64,000 bases of DNA from a plasmid, in sequence record NZ_CP118990.1, one strand, 5' to 3'. The notes under the pieces are model-generated. The model did not search any database, was not told the DNA's origin, and saw nothing but the letters and a program-made list of their open reading frames with translations. This document shows positions 8,650 to 20,480 of the stretch, piece by piece (within the stretch, counting starts at the first letter, position 1; every line of letters begins with the position of its first letter). The translations under genes were made by a program, and so were the position numbers.

Positions 8650-10263
8650 TCACTCTCCAATTAGTTTTTTATACAGCCTGAACGAATTAGCAATAAACGC
8701 TTTCTGACGGTCTGGTCTGTCAGAATGCAAAGGTAACATTGACAAGAATAAATGCAGCGTTATCGCTATTATCTCTTTTTCTGAATAGCCCAGCCCAGAA
8801 AGGATTATGTTGTTATATTCCGCTTCCAGTTCGCTTTGATAATTTTCGTCAAGATAAAACTGTATATCAGTCTGATCTTGCTGCTCAGTTAATTCATAGT
8901 GGCCGCTAATGATGAGATCATAATAGCCGACAATAGAGTGATACAACTTGGCTAAATCATAGCGACGGTCGCCATAAATAGTTAAATTGCCCTGCGCATC
9001 AATTCCTCTTGGATCAATGCACTTGATTGCGCTTACTCTACTGTCGAATAACAGATTACTGAAACAAAAATCACCGTGAACAATTGAGACATCCGTCTTT
9101 TTAGCTTTCTGAATGAACTCAGCACTTTTTCGGGCTAGCTCAAAAAGTGTCAGGGAGTCATTCTTTTCTGAGTAGCTGTATTTTTTCTCAATAAAATTAA
9201 TGCCAGTTAAATGAGAGTGTTCTTCTAAACGTTCTAGAGTTTTGTGCAAATATAGTTCGTCAAGCGATGACAGCGAGCATTCATCAGAAGTGTAATGATG
9301 CAGTCCGGTAAGGACCTCTCTTAAGGAGGTAAGAATGTTTTTCCAGCTTGTTAAAGGCAGAGAACCAAAAACAAATAGATCGCTTAAAGGAAGAAGATAG
9401 AGATACTCGAGGCTATATTCAGAACCGTCAAAATCACTCTCTCCCTTTTTGTGAGAGAGCAATTGTGGTGTATGTAATCTCAGCTCGGAAGGAATAGCAT
9501 TAAACCAGTTTCCTTCAGCATATATTTTTTTGCCTTTGGTACTGGATTTCTTTAATACTAATCGTTTTGATATTTTTAGGTCGTTAAATGCACGCTGAGT
9601 AGTTAAATAAGTTCTGGAATTAAAGAAACTGTTGATATGACCAAGGTCAAGCCATTTCCCAGAAGAGTTAAATTTCATGGGGGTCTTATTATGATAAGAC
9701 CTGATTGCTGAGACAAAATCCATTTTGTTTTCAATCAGTGACTTGATGAAAGTCAATGGGCTGTTAAAGGAAAAATAGCCTGATAAGACGCTATTATCAT
9801 CATTGGTCCATTCGGTATCAGGGGTTTTAAGTTCACATGATTTGCTTATATTTGAAATGGATGCGCGCTTATAGAACCCTTTATTGGGATGAGTGCTTAT
9901 CTCATCTCCGTGAGAAAGTTTCATATCAATAAATAGCGTGTCGCCATGTAAAATTCTGAAATTTTCATGGTAACTTGCGGAGGAATTCCAGCAGTATAGG
10001 ACTGACTCACCTAGCGAAATGCCATCAGGCACTCTAATGATGCGTATGCCAAGAGACTTGAGCTTTATTGCATCATAGTTATTTAGCTTAAAGCTTTCTG
10101 GAATAGAAAGATAAATATCATCAGTTAGATCCTGCTCTCGTAACATTTCAACTTGTAATTCATACAAGCGGCGGTTCTGAACGGGGAGAAAGCTGGGGGG
10201 GATTAATCCGATTTCAGTTACAAAATCTTGATCTACATATGCTGCTGATGTAATCAGGATCAT
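8650..10263 (-). CDS. two-domain protein with C-terminal choline/aminoglycoside-kinase-like (APH/ChoK) domain
   Basis: Contains VHGDFCFSNLLFD, a Brenner HGDxxxxN catalytic motif, and DLAKLYHSI. The N-terminal half is of unknown function. Confidence 0.5.
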   Translation of the reverse strand: MILITSAAYVDQDFVTEIGLIPPSFLPVQNRRLYELQVEMLREQDLTDDIYLSIPESFKLNNYDAIKLKSLGIRIIRVPDGISLGESVLYCWNSSASYHENFRILHGDTLFIDMKLSHGDEISTHPNKGFYKRASISNISKSCELKTPDTEWTNDDNSVLSGYFSFNSPLTFIKSLIENKMDFVSAIRSYHNKTPMKFNSSGKWLDLGHINSFFNSRTYLTTQRAFNDLKISKRLVLKKSSTKGKKIYAEGNWFNAIPSELRLHTPQLLSHKKGESDFDGSEYSLEYLYLLPLSDLFVFGSLPLTSWKNILTSLREVLTGLHHYTSDECSLSSLDELYLHKTLERLEEHSHLTGINFIEKKYSYSEKNDSLTLFELARKSAEFIQKAKKTDVSIVHGDFCFSNLLFDSRVSAIKCIDPRGIDAQGNLTIYGDRRYDLAKLYHSIVGYYDLIISGHYELTEQQDQTDIQFYLDENYQSELEAEYNNIILSGLGYSEKEIIAITLHLFLSMLPLHSDRPDRQKAFIANSFRLYKKLIGE

Positions 10264-10661
10264 TTATTTCCACCATCTTTAAATGGATTCTCTTTATCAA
10301 GCAGGGCTTTAATTTGATCGCAACTTAAAGATGCAAACTCAGACGGCCTGATGGATTTATCGTCGACATAGAATCCCTCAAATCCGCACCAGGGCTTGCC
10401 AAGAATAACTTCATCATAGGGGACACCATTATTATTTAACCATTCAATAATGGTCGGCAAAGTATGTATATTCATTTTCCCGATATTGCCGTCATAAGTT
10501 CTCATATTTCGGCTGGTAAATATTATTATTGCATAACCGCTAGCCTTATATTCAACCAAGCGATTAATAACCTCTTTATTAGCAGGTTTATTACAATAGG
10601 TGGTATCGCTATCAATTGTAAGTGTACCATCAAGATCTATTACAATTTTTTTCATTTTCAA
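10260..10661 (-). CDS. HAD-superfamily phosphatase-like protein
   Basis: N-terminal IVIDLDGTLT is a HAD motif I. It overlaps the upstream kinase gene by 4 nt, which suggests translational coupling. Confidence 0.6.
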   Translation of the reverse strand: MKMKKIVIDLDGTLTIDSDTTYCNKPANKEVINRLVEYKASGYAIIIFTSRNMRTYDGNIGKMNIHTLPTIIEWLNNNGVPYDEVILGKPWCGFEGFYVDDKSIRPSEFASLSCDQIKALLDKENPFKDGGNK

Positions 10662-13600
10662 TCACATCCAGAAATATTTTTATAAAGGATTGATAGTTAG
10701 TATCTTCTTTCAAGTCCGTCTGACTATTGAATTCTTCAATAATCGTATCACTTAATTGTATCGGACATGGTGCTGTAACTGTAGCTTGATGATAATCCTC
10801 TCTCGCTGTTGATTTTACCGGTACAATATTGTGATGAACCATCCAAAGGAAAAATAATGCGTGAGCATCATACATTGGAAACTGTTCAAAAGGTGATAGC
10901 TTTTTAGCTGTGAAACTGGCTTCCCATAGGCTAGAAATAGTTAAATATGTGTCTCTTTTGCATATGAAAAAGCCGTCATTTGGGCCAACCGCAGCACTCA
11001 TACCAATAGAAATTTGATTTTCATCAATTGTATTAATATCATTTAAACTTAGTGGGGATAAAATGGTGCAATCTGTTCTAAGCCTCAAGATATAATCATA
11101 TTTAATATTATTAGCCTCTTCATGCGCAACCACTTGTTCCGCTGCGGAGTGGATACCATAAAACATCTTAGCCTGATTGTAATTACCTCTACTTTTAAAC
11201 TGTTCTCTATGTTCACCAAGTGAATAAATAAAATCATCTTGATTTTCAATCACTGCACTTGTATATCGAATAAAACTATTTAATGTTGTCTGATCAAGAA
11301 AATGTTCTACAGGTGCTTCAATAATAGCAGCGGATTTTGGAAATTTTGATTTAAAATTATTGAAATCCAAAATTTGCTCTGGAATATTACTCCTAACTTT
11401 TTTTCCAAATAACCGCGGTGACCAAGTCGTTTTTGGGCCACCACATATACCAGGCCACGAATGGTACACATCCCACGTGTGAATAAACACGTCGGCATCT
11501 AATTGTTCTACAATATTGGTGTAAATTGATTTCAGTGAGTGTGCATTACCTCTAATCATTCCTGAAATGCAGACCGCCACCCTAGGTTTTTTAGTTATAG
11601 CCGTATTGTTATATTTGTTAATCAAACGGTTAAAATCTTCATATAAACGTATAGCACCTGGCTCATCAATGTGCTTTGAAAATAAATATGCAACTTTTTG
11701 TATATGATTATAATAGGAGGCTCTTAGGGTGAAAAATTCATATCGTTTAGTCGAAAGGCAATAATGAATAACAGTGCTAACAAGATATTTTTTGCTTGTG
11801 TCGCTTAAGTTGTTACTTGTTAGCATGCTATCTACAATTTTTATGGCTGTTTCAACTTTCAATACTGCCATCGAAACAAGTCTATTAACGGCATAAATTA
11901 AAATCATGCCATCAAGTTCTGCTATTTTGTCGCTTATGTATCCGTTTTCGTGGTCTGAAATTAAATCATTACACCTATTTATGTCGTTATTAATCAATAA
12001 ATATAGTAAATTTAGGTACTTATCATTTAAGGCAAGTTCGATGCCCTGCTTAGAAGGAAGGAACTGATTTTCATAAAAGTCGATAAAGAAATTTTGTGAA
12101 TTAGAAATAATATTATGAGGGTTACTTATTTTCGACTTCAGGAATGAAAGGCCAAGGTGTTCTATAGAATGAATTATTTCATCAAACTTTCCCATTTCCG
12201 CCATAAGTCTATAGCAATCAGTTAGCAACAAGTCAACGTTAGAATGTGCAACTTCAATATATTCATCAATGGCATCATCAAAATGCCAATGTGAAATTTT
12301 TTTCTGTATGTTGAAAATGTGTTGATTTTTTCCAGTGTTTTCGTACTGTTCAATTTTTGATATGTATTTGTATGTGGGGTGTTCAATTTTTTGAGAAAAT
12401 AGAGATGATTTATAAGATATTAGAATGTAAGCATCATACCTACCCAATGGCAAATCTGAAATATCTATCCCTTTGTTACCTATGGTAGAAAAATATGCCT
12501 TTTGATAGATGCTGTGACCTCCTAACTCCTCATTTAACTCAGGACGGTGACTCATCCCTAGATTGTATGAGAAGTTATGCTGGTCATTTGTAAGAAGTAG
12601 ATAATATTTTGCATCACCCCATTTTTCTAGTTCTACACCAGGAACTATAAATACTCCGTCGTAGTGAATAAGCCAATCTTTTTGCCAACTGTTATGTATA
12701 CGAAAAATACCTTGTTGTGGACATTTACGCATATCTTTTTTGACAAGAAAGGCGCAAACATTATCAGAGTAAACACGATATTCATAGGGTCCATTAATGG
12801 ACTTAATATCTATCTGATTGCCTGTAAGAGTAGTGATTAATTGCTCGTTTTTTATTTGTATTTCAACCAGTAAACGATAACTACCACAGGGTAAGGAAGA
12901 TAAATCTATCCCTTTTTGACCGACTGAGGCGAAGGCAGCAGCCTGATAGTCGCAATATGTTTCTTCATAGAAGGTGTATGAAACCATCTTGTCTTTTATT
13001 GCGCCGATGGCAAAACTATAATCAGTCTTATCGCTTCGCAGTATCAATTTTCGCGATAAAATGCCAAAATCAGGACAAGGATAACCACGAACGAAGGCAA
13101 CACCTTTCGGAAAAAATATACTATCATTAAGTTTAGCGCCCTGTAGCATTGCAACGGGTTGATTTTTTTTCCTCTGAGCTATTAGTTTTTTATTCGACTC
13201 CCAGCCTTCCAATGGAATTCCATTACTTACTTTACCAAAGTGTGGTGTAATGCTCTCCCCATGTGCATAGATTATGGATAAAATGATCGGAACATTATAG
13301 CGACTGATCGTATTATGTTGCCATGCAAGCGCAGAGTTAGTAAAAATGAAGTTAAAATTATCATATTTCTCAAAGAGAGAGAGGAACGGATAAACTTCAG
13401 TTTGATACTGTTCATCTTGTGGAGAGCTAATTAAGTAAATGTTTTTATTTTTATTTTTGTCATGAGCGAGAAGATCGGGGATTAATCTATCCAGATAATC
13501 TGTATTTTCTTTAGATTCATGTATTTGTAACTCTGTGTGAGCTTTGGCATTTGTACTACAATAACTGCCTATTTTAATCTGCGGACAAGAAGCAATTATT

Positions 13601-13995
13601 TTGTTGAAGTCATATTTTATTCCATAATAAAGGGCTGCACTACCGCCCTTCGATGCACCATAAAGCGTACATTGGATTCGTGTCAATTCAAGGTGTCTTA
13701 AAACAGCATCTATTAATGCAATAACGGCGTGCTCGATAGAGAAATCCATATCGCGGCACAGATAGTAAGCGCATTTTCCAAAAAAATCATCTTTTATCCA
13801 TAGGACATTAGAGCGACACTCTGACAAAGCCTGCCCATCAAAATCGTATGCTATTGGGTTAGCCCCGCCAAAACCGGAAAACACAACTAAAAGGTGTTGC
13901 CGATCTTGCTTTCCTCGTCTGAATTTATATTTTACCTGCACATCTTCAAATTCAAAAAGACATTCAGTTTTGGGTTTATCAAGTTCAATCATCAT
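10630..13995 (-). CDS. large (1121 aa) capsule region-2 protein of unknown function, with N-terminal alpha/beta-hydrolase-like segment
   Basis: Long AT-rich ORF. A GASKGG motif (GxSxG-like) sits in an LYGASKGGSAALYYG context. No further confident domain call. Confidence 0.35.
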   Translation of the reverse strand: MMIELDKPKTECLFEFEDVQVKYKFRRGKQDRQHLLVVFSGFGGANPIAYDFDGQALSECRSNVLWIKDDFFGKCAYYLCRDMDFSIEHAVIALIDAVLRHLELTRIQCTLYGASKGGSAALYYGIKYDFNKIIASCPQIKIGSYCSTNAKAHTELQIHESKENTDYLDRLIPDLLAHDKNKNKNIYLISSPQDEQYQTEVYPFLSLFEKYDNFNFIFTNSALAWQHNTISRYNVPIILSIIYAHGESITPHFGKVSNGIPLEGWESNKKLIAQRKKNQPVAMLQGAKLNDSIFFPKGVAFVRGYPCPDFGILSRKLILRSDKTDYSFAIGAIKDKMVSYTFYEETYCDYQAAAFASVGQKGIDLSSLPCGSYRLLVEIQIKNEQLITTLTGNQIDIKSINGPYEYRVYSDNVCAFLVKKDMRKCPQQGIFRIHNSWQKDWLIHYDGVFIVPGVELEKWGDAKYYLLLTNDQHNFSYNLGMSHRPELNEELGGHSIYQKAYFSTIGNKGIDISDLPLGRYDAYILISYKSSLFSQKIEHPTYKYISKIEQYENTGKNQHIFNIQKKISHWHFDDAIDEYIEVAHSNVDLLLTDCYRLMAEMGKFDEIIHSIEHLGLSFLKSKISNPHNIISNSQNFFIDFYENQFLPSKQGIELALNDKYLNLLYLLINNDINRCNDLISDHENGYISDKIAELDGMILIYAVNRLVSMAVLKVETAIKIVDSMLTSNNLSDTSKKYLVSTVIHYCLSTKRYEFFTLRASYYNHIQKVAYLFSKHIDEPGAIRLYEDFNRLINKYNNTAITKKPRVAVCISGMIRGNAHSLKSIYTNIVEQLDADVFIHTWDVYHSWPGICGGPKTTWSPRLFGKKVRSNIPEQILDFNNFKSKFPKSAAIIEAPVEHFLDQTTLNSFIRYTSAVIENQDDFIYSLGEHREQFKSRGNYNQAKMFYGIHSAAEQVVAHEEANNIKYDYILRLRTDCTILSPLSLNDINTIDENQISIGMSAAVGPNDGFFICKRDTYLTISSLWEASFTAKKLSPFEQFPMYDAHALFFLWMVHHNIVPVKSTAREDYHQATVTAPCPIQLSDTIIEEFNSQTDLKEDTNYQSFIKIFLDVIENEKNCNRS

Positions 13996-14164
13996 AATGA
14001 TATCTTCAAGTGGTTTAAGGTGTTAGGCGCTGTTGCCTAAATCAGACCAACTCACGAACGAGCATGAACTGTTTATGGTGTGCACATTCTATGTGCGACT
14101 CGAACAAATATCGTCCATGCTGGGTGATGTCTTCGCATTTTTATGTATGAAAAACTGGAATGAC

Positions 14165-17100
14165 TCAAAAATCACTCACAATTTCATTATCGGTATGCTG
14201 AGTAAATACAGGCCTCAATGTCCCGCTCAGTGAATCATTTTTGGCAAGCAGCAATGCTGACTGCATTCTCTCCCAGCAATGCTCTGGTGCCTGGGTAGGA
14301 TAGAGTCGCAACAACTCTCGCCAGCACATGGCAGCTTGTTGCCAACGGCCATTCAAGTGAGCGACCTCAGCCTTGAGTATCCACTCATCCATATTGCAGG
14401 GGGGGCGGGTGCTTGAATTATCCAGATATTTCTGGGCTGGCTCTATTTCACCGAGCATCCGCAGTGCCAAGGCAAGCTTGTAAGGGGCATCATCCAATAC
14501 ACCAATTAGCGATGGCCAGATATCGGCAGCCATATCCCAGCGCTCGGCCATTAATACGATTTTACCAGCCTCAGTCATGATATTTAAATCAGCTGGATGG
14601 TTGGCTAGCAGCCATGTCACCATGTCGATTGCCGAGTCTAACTGTTTAGCCATTCTCAACGATTTTAAATAGATGGCTACCATAGAAAGTGGTAAATCGT
14701 TACGGTTGGGGAAGGCTTGGGCAAGCTGTCTATAGGCTTTTGTGAAATCATTTCGCGCGAAGGCAAGCAGCGCTATTTCACGGCGGCAGGTACTATCCGA
14801 TTTGGTGTGCTTCTCAAAGCCAAGCAATTGCTGATGCGCCGCATCGAATTCGCCGAGTTCGCGATACGCCTGAGCGAGCAACAATTCTGGTTTCAGCGTG
14901 CGCAACTCATCAGGGGTAAATTGCACGATCATGTTTGACAACAGTTCAATGACCTGCTGCCATTCACCCTTGGCCGAATCGATAATGGCGGTGCAGCACA
15001 GTTGTTCGTGCTTCGACAGTGAGCTGAATGTGGGCGATGATATCTGCTGTGATACCCCTACCCAATCCTCCATCGCAAGTTGGCAATGCAGATGCCGGGT
15101 GGGTGTATATCCTTCACCACTTGATTGCAACTCGGCCCAGATGCACTCTGCTTGCTCCCATTTGCTGTTGGCCATCAGAAGCTCGGCTTTTTCTGCCTGA
15201 GCTTCGTGGCTCAATGGCAAACTGCGCACGGCTTGCCGTGCATCATATTCGTCGAAATGGCACCACGCTTCACTGAATTTCCCTTGATTACGCAGGCTGG
15301 TTGCCAAGCCAAGACAGGCTGCACCATGATGGGTCTCATCCATCAGCGCATATATCTGTGACCAGCGCTGCTCTGCCAATGGCCATATTTTTGCCTTGCT
15401 GGCCTGTTTTGCATACTCCAGCAATATCGGCATATTAATAATCTCGGGGTTGCGTGGTGCATCGAGCTCCTTGATCGCCTGATAGACTCGCTCGCAGTTT
15501 TTCCCATCCCGGTAAGGAAATGTTTTTAAAATTCTGGTTAATATTTTTTCGCTTGGCTTTCCATCATTGGATAGCATTTCTTCCAGCTCAGCGAACAACT
15601 CCTGCTGATTTGTTACAACAGGGCCAAAACCATGTTTTCGATAATCGTAATATCCTTTGGTATACAAATGATCGCCGCTGAAAAATGATTCCTCGTCAAA
15701 TTGATAATAAATATTGGGTTTATCTAATATCGCCATATCGAAGGCCACCGAAGAGTAGTCGGTGATCATCATGGCCGCGCGAGAGAATACCTGCTGGATG
15801 GGCGTCGTGTTATTACTCATTACCTCAATATAATCGGGAACATTAAAGAGATCTAGATATGGGGCAACATTTGAATGTGGATAGAAGGCGACCCTAAAGT
15901 CAAATTTTTCAACAAGTCGCTTCAGTAATGGAGAATGCAAGACCTCAAACCAATGCAGGGCATATTCAGTCTGCATAAAATCAGGGTTGATCCGTCGTTC
16001 ATTACCATTTTTGATGACATCACCGACTAAATTTTTACGCCACGTAGGCATGATTACAATAAGCCGCTCAGTTATATTCTCACTACGTAGCAGGGCATCA
16101 TGACGCGGGAAGCCGGTTAATACAACATCTTTGCTTGTGAATTTGTATGGGCTGCCATCGCTTACAATAGAATGATATTCATCAGGCGTGGCGGTGATAA
16201 AGCAATTGATGGCTTCTTTGGTATTTAGCCAGCTAGATAGATTATCTTTAGTGATGCCATGCTGAAGGAACACGAGATGACGGCCAGCCAATGATCTTGG
16301 GCCAAAATAATTAGATACGTATTTGTCAATATGTGAACTTATTATTTTTTGGCAAGATCGTAAAGCGACTTCATGTTCATCGCTGCCAAAGGCAAGCATA
16401 TTAAACCCTTCAGCGGATAAGCGTTGCCAGTCACTGGAAGAAGATTCAAGCACAAAATAGATATCTTGCTCAGGGTGATGGTTTTTAATGTAGCGGTACA
16501 GATGTTCTGCATTATCATCTGCCTGCGTATTGCGATCCATCAGTAGCCAAGAATATTGGTATCTTTTATCGATCTTGTAGTTTGGTTTTTGTGACTTGAA
16601 GTGGGATGCGATTTGGCTATAAGAAACACCATTGTTGTGCTGCTTGCCAGCCAATGATACACGTGCCGCCATGTTACCAATGGAGACTTTCAAGGTGGCG
16701 TTTGATACTTGCTGTTCGGATGAAATGGGTACCCAGATTCTGCGCTCAATAACAAACGAATCGCCAAGGAATTCATGTCCCATGCTCTTGGCAAAGCATG
16801 GCATGACATCTACACCACCAATATTAAACGCTTCTAGGCCAACATCTCGCGTGAAATAGCGAAGCTCAACCATGCCTTTTATATGATCGAATGCTTCGAT
16901 ATAGACAATCTGGAGTGCAGGGTCTATTTTCTTGAATAATCCAAGAAGTGCTACTTTGTGGTAGAACCAGCATCCAGCCAGCTCAAACTCCATAATGGTG
17001 TCAACATCAATATGGGTAAATAATTCAGTCACTAATGACTTGAATCTGTTTATTTCCCCCTCAGAGAGGAAGGCAAGAGTATGCTTATTGTTAACCAAAC

Positions 17101-18046
17101 GCTTGAAGTACCATATCAAATGATAAAGTACTGTTCGCTGAATATGCTTAGGTACATGACCTTGAGTGTTGATATATCGATTAAACATATCAATACAGCC
17201 GTGAACCAAGACATCATCATAAAGTCCTTTCTTCTCCCAAGCACCATCAAGGGTTGAGCTGCCATCGCTACGCTTTCTGTAATAATATTTAGCCTTACTG
17301 ACAAAGCCGACATTGCCATCATTAAAGTCAGATAAATAACAACCTACAAAGTGAGCATCTTCAAAACTTGGTTTGATTTTGCTACTGAATCCAATATTTC
17401 TGTTTAGAATAATATCGCTTTTGAATACCGCAGTGCTGGCAGACAACTGCATATTTTTACCCAAGTTATTAACAGGGGTTACTATGTCTCCTTTACTGAA
17501 TCGATATCTAAGAGGGTGGGTATCTTTATATATTTTTTCATCTTCAAAGTACAAAATGAAATTATTGCAAAGCATTACGACATCATTATTTTTTTGCTTG
17601 TGAGCAAAAAGGTCTATTTGGTAAAAATAATCCTGATCCAGAATATCATCCGGGTCAGTAAAGGTTACCCACTCGGTATTGACGTGCTGCATACCCAAGT
17701 TACGGGCAGATGCCTGACCACCATTTTCTTTATAAAGATATTGAATGTTATCAGGGTATTTTTTTTGCCATTTTTTGATGATGGCGGCGGAGTCATCCGT
17801 AGAGCCATCATCCACCAGAATAAGGTGTATATGCTTTTTAAAGTCCAGGCGCTGTTTGGTGACACTTGTAATATACTCATCGAGATAGCGGCCAACATTA
17901 TAAACGGCAGAGACAATGGTGTACTGATAATGACCATTGATCTCTTTCGGTTTTAGCGCGTCGATACTATGGCGTCTCTTTATCGCCATATCGGCAAAAA
18001 ATGACTTGGGATCACGCATTAATTTACGAAATTTTCGTTTAAACAT
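14165..18046 (-). CDS. 1293-aa multidomain capsule synthase: GT2 glycosyltransferase plus TagF-like glycerophosphotransferase-like region plus C-terminal TPR repeats
   Basis: N-terminus [17 protein letters not shown]...[12 protein letters not shown] is a GT-A/GT2 DxD-type motif. The middle region carries LQHGITKD, which resembles the TagF-family HG(T)P(L)K motif. The C-terminal third is repetitive and helical, like TPR repeats. Confidence 0.5.
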   Translation of the reverse strand: MFKRKFRKLMRDPKSFFADMAIKRRHSIDALKPKEINGHYQYTIVSAVYNVGRYLDEYITSVTKQRLDFKKHIHLILVDDGSTDDSAAIIKKWQKKYPDNIQYLYKENGGQASARNLGMQHVNTEWVTFTDPDDILDQDYFYQIDLFAHKQKNNDVVMLCNNFILYFEDEKIYKDTHPLRYRFSKGDIVTPVNNLGKNMQLSASTAVFKSDIILNRNIGFSSKIKPSFEDAHFVGCYLSDFNDGNVGFVSKAKYYYRKRSDGSSTLDGAWEKKGLYDDVLVHGCIDMFNRYINTQGHVPKHIQRTVLYHLIWYFKRLVNNKHTLAFLSEGEINRFKSLVTELFTHIDVDTIMEFELAGCWFYHKVALLGLFKKIDPALQIVYIEAFDHIKGMVELRYFTRDVGLEAFNIGGVDVMPCFAKSMGHEFLGDSFVIERRIWVPISSEQQVSNATLKVSIGNMAARVSLAGKQHNNGVSYSQIASHFKSQKPNYKIDKRYQYSWLLMDRNTQADDNAEHLYRYIKNHHPEQDIYFVLESSSSDWQRLSAEGFNMLAFGSDEHEVALRSCQKIISSHIDKYVSNYFGPRSLAGRHLVFLQHGITKDNLSSWLNTKEAINCFITATPDEYHSIVSDGSPYKFTSKDVVLTGFPRHDALLRSENITERLIVIMPTWRKNLVGDVIKNGNERRINPDFMQTEYALHWFEVLHSPLLKRLVEKFDFRVAFYPHSNVAPYLDLFNVPDYIEVMSNNTTPIQQVFSRAAMMITDYSSVAFDMAILDKPNIYYQFDEESFFSGDHLYTKGYYDYRKHGFGPVVTNQQELFAELEEMLSNDGKPSEKILTRILKTFPYRDGKNCERVYQAIKELDAPRNPEIINMPILLEYAKQASKAKIWPLAEQRWSQIYALMDETHHGAACLGLATSLRNQGKFSEAWCHFDEYDARQAVRSLPLSHEAQAEKAELLMANSKWEQAECIWAELQSSGEGYTPTRHLHCQLAMEDWVGVSQQISSPTFSSLSKHEQLCCTAIIDSAKGEWQQVIELLSNMIVQFTPDELRTLKPELLLAQAYRELGEFDAAHQQLLGFEKHTKSDSTCRREIALLAFARNDFTKAYRQLAQAFPNRNDLPLSMVAIYLKSLRMAKQLDSAIDMVTWLLANHPADLNIMTEAGKIVLMAERWDMAADIWPSLIGVLDDAPYKLALALRMLGEIEPAQKYLDNSSTRPPCNMDEWILKAEVAHLNGRWQQAAMCWRELLRLYPTQAPEHCWERMQSALLLAKNDSLSGTLRPVFTQHTDNEIVSDF

Positions 18047-19145
18047 GTTGGCTCTCGCTTAAGAAAAATTGTTGCAAAGTTAACTTTATTTTTTCGTTAC
18101 TTATGGTTTTATCTTTTGTATTGAAATCGTTGGCACAAAATGAATGAGGTAAGGTACCATTCTTTTTTGATAAATGCAGAGCATTGAAATAACTAGCGGC
18201 AGCTGGCGAGCGAATATTAAAGTAATAACAAATATCCCTGGCCAATACGGCAGATCCATCCAGATAAGTAAACCAAGGCACTAAAAAGGTTGCCATATTT
18301 AGATCGTTATTCGCTCTGAACTTATTTGGTAAAAAGCTATTTATTTCATGCTCAAATGTTTGCCAGCATTTTAGATATAGGCTTTTCCGTAGTGGCACAT
18401 AGGTATGTACCAGTGGGGAGTCGAGAGCTTCGCCATCAAACTGCTGGGCCAGCAAAGATCTGCCTGCTAGCGAGGCCTTTAATGTTGGTGTTGGGTTTCC
18501 CTTCTTATGCATATCATCCAGACTTTTTTGTGAAATAAAAAGTGAGGCGATACCATTGCTCTTGAAAAAATGCCCAACAGGAAGAGGGCGGGCAACAAAT
18601 ACATCGTCATTGAAATAAATAAAATGCTCTGCCAGTCCACAAATATGGTGCAGATGTGCCTCTATCACATGGGAGTTGAAGGTAGGCAAATACTGTGCGG
18701 GTATAATATCTTTGTGATCAACAAATTTGACTCGCTTGTCATGATTTTCATCAAGCCATGCAGGGCGCTGGTTGTCGGTCACAATAAATATATTTCGAAC
18801 CCACGGGAGGTATTTTATGACACAGCGAAGAGAATATTTTAGCTCATCATGATTACTAAATCTGGCTGGATCTTTGGCATGAAGGCCCGTCTCTTCACAG
18901 TATGTTTCCCGGCAATGGTTATAACGAGCTACCCAGTTTTGATCTTTGTCATCTACCCAAGTAAAGACTACGTCAACCGGAAAATTGACGGAAATTTTTT
19001 CCTCTATCGCTAAATCATGCCGCATCAGGATGTTCTCTTCCTCTTCGCGACAGAATATTTCATTTCTAAAAACCGGGTAGCGTTTATTCAGATGATCCCG
19101 GAAAAAAACACCGGGATTTTTGAAGAATTTCTTTATCTTTCTCAT
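18039..19145 (-). CDS. Stealth-family capsule hexose/polyol-1-phosphate transferase
   Basis: [14 protein letters not shown] matches the Stealth CR1 motif (IDVVYTWVNGSD-like). Length and position in region 2 fit. Confidence 0.55.
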   Translation of the reverse strand: MRKIKKFFKNPGVFFRDHLNKRYPVFRNEIFCREEEENILMRHDLAIEEKISVNFPVDVVFTWVDDKDQNWVARYNHCRETYCEETGLHAKDPARFSNHDELKYSLRCVIKYLPWVRNIFIVTDNQRPAWLDENHDKRVKFVDHKDIIPAQYLPTFNSHVIEAHLHHICGLAEHFIYFNDDVFVARPLPVGHFFKSNGIASLFISQKSLDDMHKKGNPTPTLKASLAGRSLLAQQFDGEALDSPLVHTYVPLRKSLYLKCWQTFEHEINSFLPNKFRANNDLNMATFLVPWFTYLDGSAVLARDICYYFNIRSPAAASYFNALHLSKKNGTLPHSFCANDFNTKDKTISNEKIKLTLQQFFLSESQHV

Positions 19146-19188
19146 GATGAAGCAACGTATTTATTGTGATTGGACGAGCTCTTAAAAC

Positions 19189-20085
19189 TTAATGCTGTAA
19201 TTTTGCAATAAAGTTGCGGAAATCCGTACCAAGAAAGGGGTGGCGCATTCCATGCTCGACGAATGCCTTGAGATAACCCAGTTTATCGCCGCAATCATGC
19301 GAGCGCCCCTGAAGGCAAAAAGCGTCTGTATCATGTGCCTTTAGCAAGGTTGCGATAGCATCGGTTAATTGGATTTCATCGCCAGCTCCAGGAGCCGTTC
19401 TCTTTAAATGTTCCCAAATTTCTGGAGAAAGAACATAACGGCCCACAATAGCCAGATTCGATGGCGCCTCTTCCTGGTCTGGCTTTTCCACGACTGCAAT
19501 CATTTTTGAAAACATGCCCGCATCAATCTTATGTCCGGCACAGTCGACAACACCATATTTAGATACTTGGCTCCATTCGACAGGTTCAACCATGACTTGA
19601 GAGCGCCCTGTTTCTTTAAACTGTCGGATCATTTTTGCCAGGTTATCATGCTTGAGATCCGCTGCTGCATCATCCAGTAGCACATCCGGCAGGACAACCG
19701 CAAAAGCATTATCACCAATCAGCGGATACGCACATAAAATTGCATGACCCAACCCTTTTGCCTCTCCTTGGCGGACATGCATGATGGTTACATCCTTGGG
19801 GCATATAGTCTGAACTTCTTCCAGAAGCTGCCTTTTTACTCGGCTCTCCAGAGTGGCTTCCAATTCAAACGATTTATCGAAGTGATTCTCGATGGCATTT
19901 TTTGATGAATGTGTGACCAAAATTATTTCTTTGATACCGGCAGCAATACACTCATTGACCACATATTGGATCAATGGTTTATCTACAATAGGAAGCATCT
20001 CTTTTGGAATGGCTTTTGTAGCAGGTAACATGCGGGTACCCAACCCTGCAACTGGAATGACGGCTTTCATTTTATCCCTTAGCAT
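19189..20085 (-). CDS. galU: UTP-glucose-1-phosphate uridylyltransferase GalU
   Basis: [40 protein letters not shown] is near-canonical for the GalU N-terminus. Confidence 0.85.
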   Translation of the reverse strand: MLRDKMKAVIPVAGLGTRMLPATKAIPKEMLPIVDKPLIQYVVNECIAAGIKEIILVTHSSKNAIENHFDKSFELEATLESRVKRQLLEEVQTICPKDVTIMHVRQGEAKGLGHAILCAYPLIGDNAFAVVLPDVLLDDAAADLKHDNLAKMIRQFKETGRSQVMVEPVEWSQVSKYGVVDCAGHKIDAGMFSKMIAVVEKPDQEEAPSNLAIVGRYVLSPEIWEHLKRTAPGAGDEIQLTDAIATLLKAHDTDAFCLQGRSHDCGDKLGYLKAFVEHGMRHPFLGTDFRNFIAKLQH

Positions 20086-20480
20086 TGTTTATATTGATTA
20101 TTATATGGCATAGAGCAGGTGGGACTATAAATATGAAATAGTTCCTCTGTCTTACCTTGTGGAAATTGAAATTATGATTTTTGATGTCCTCTCAAAAGTC
20201 AGTTTCACTTCGTTTTAAAATAATCTTGGACAATTAAAGAAGTTAGATGCCGAGATTTAATTAATAGTGAGCTACTCAACTCGAAGATGATCTCTTTATT
20301 TTTATGGTTGCACCTCTCGAACTAGCTAAAGGTGGTCATCTCAAGAAGAGTGCCGGATACAAGTGTGACTGGCTTCTGGCTAAACCGTCGGCAGATTGGC
20401 AGAGCCTTGGCCCATCAAGTGAGATAGGGCACATGAGATCCTCATGTGCCTGAGCCCGTCAATTCAATACCATATCTCAG

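Noticed and set aside
17373-17956. Small plus-strand ORFs (76-146 aa) inside the AT-rich 1293-aa synthase gene
   Set aside because: AT-rich DNA opens the antisense frames. They have no RBS and lie fully inside a long, domain-supported minus-strand gene.
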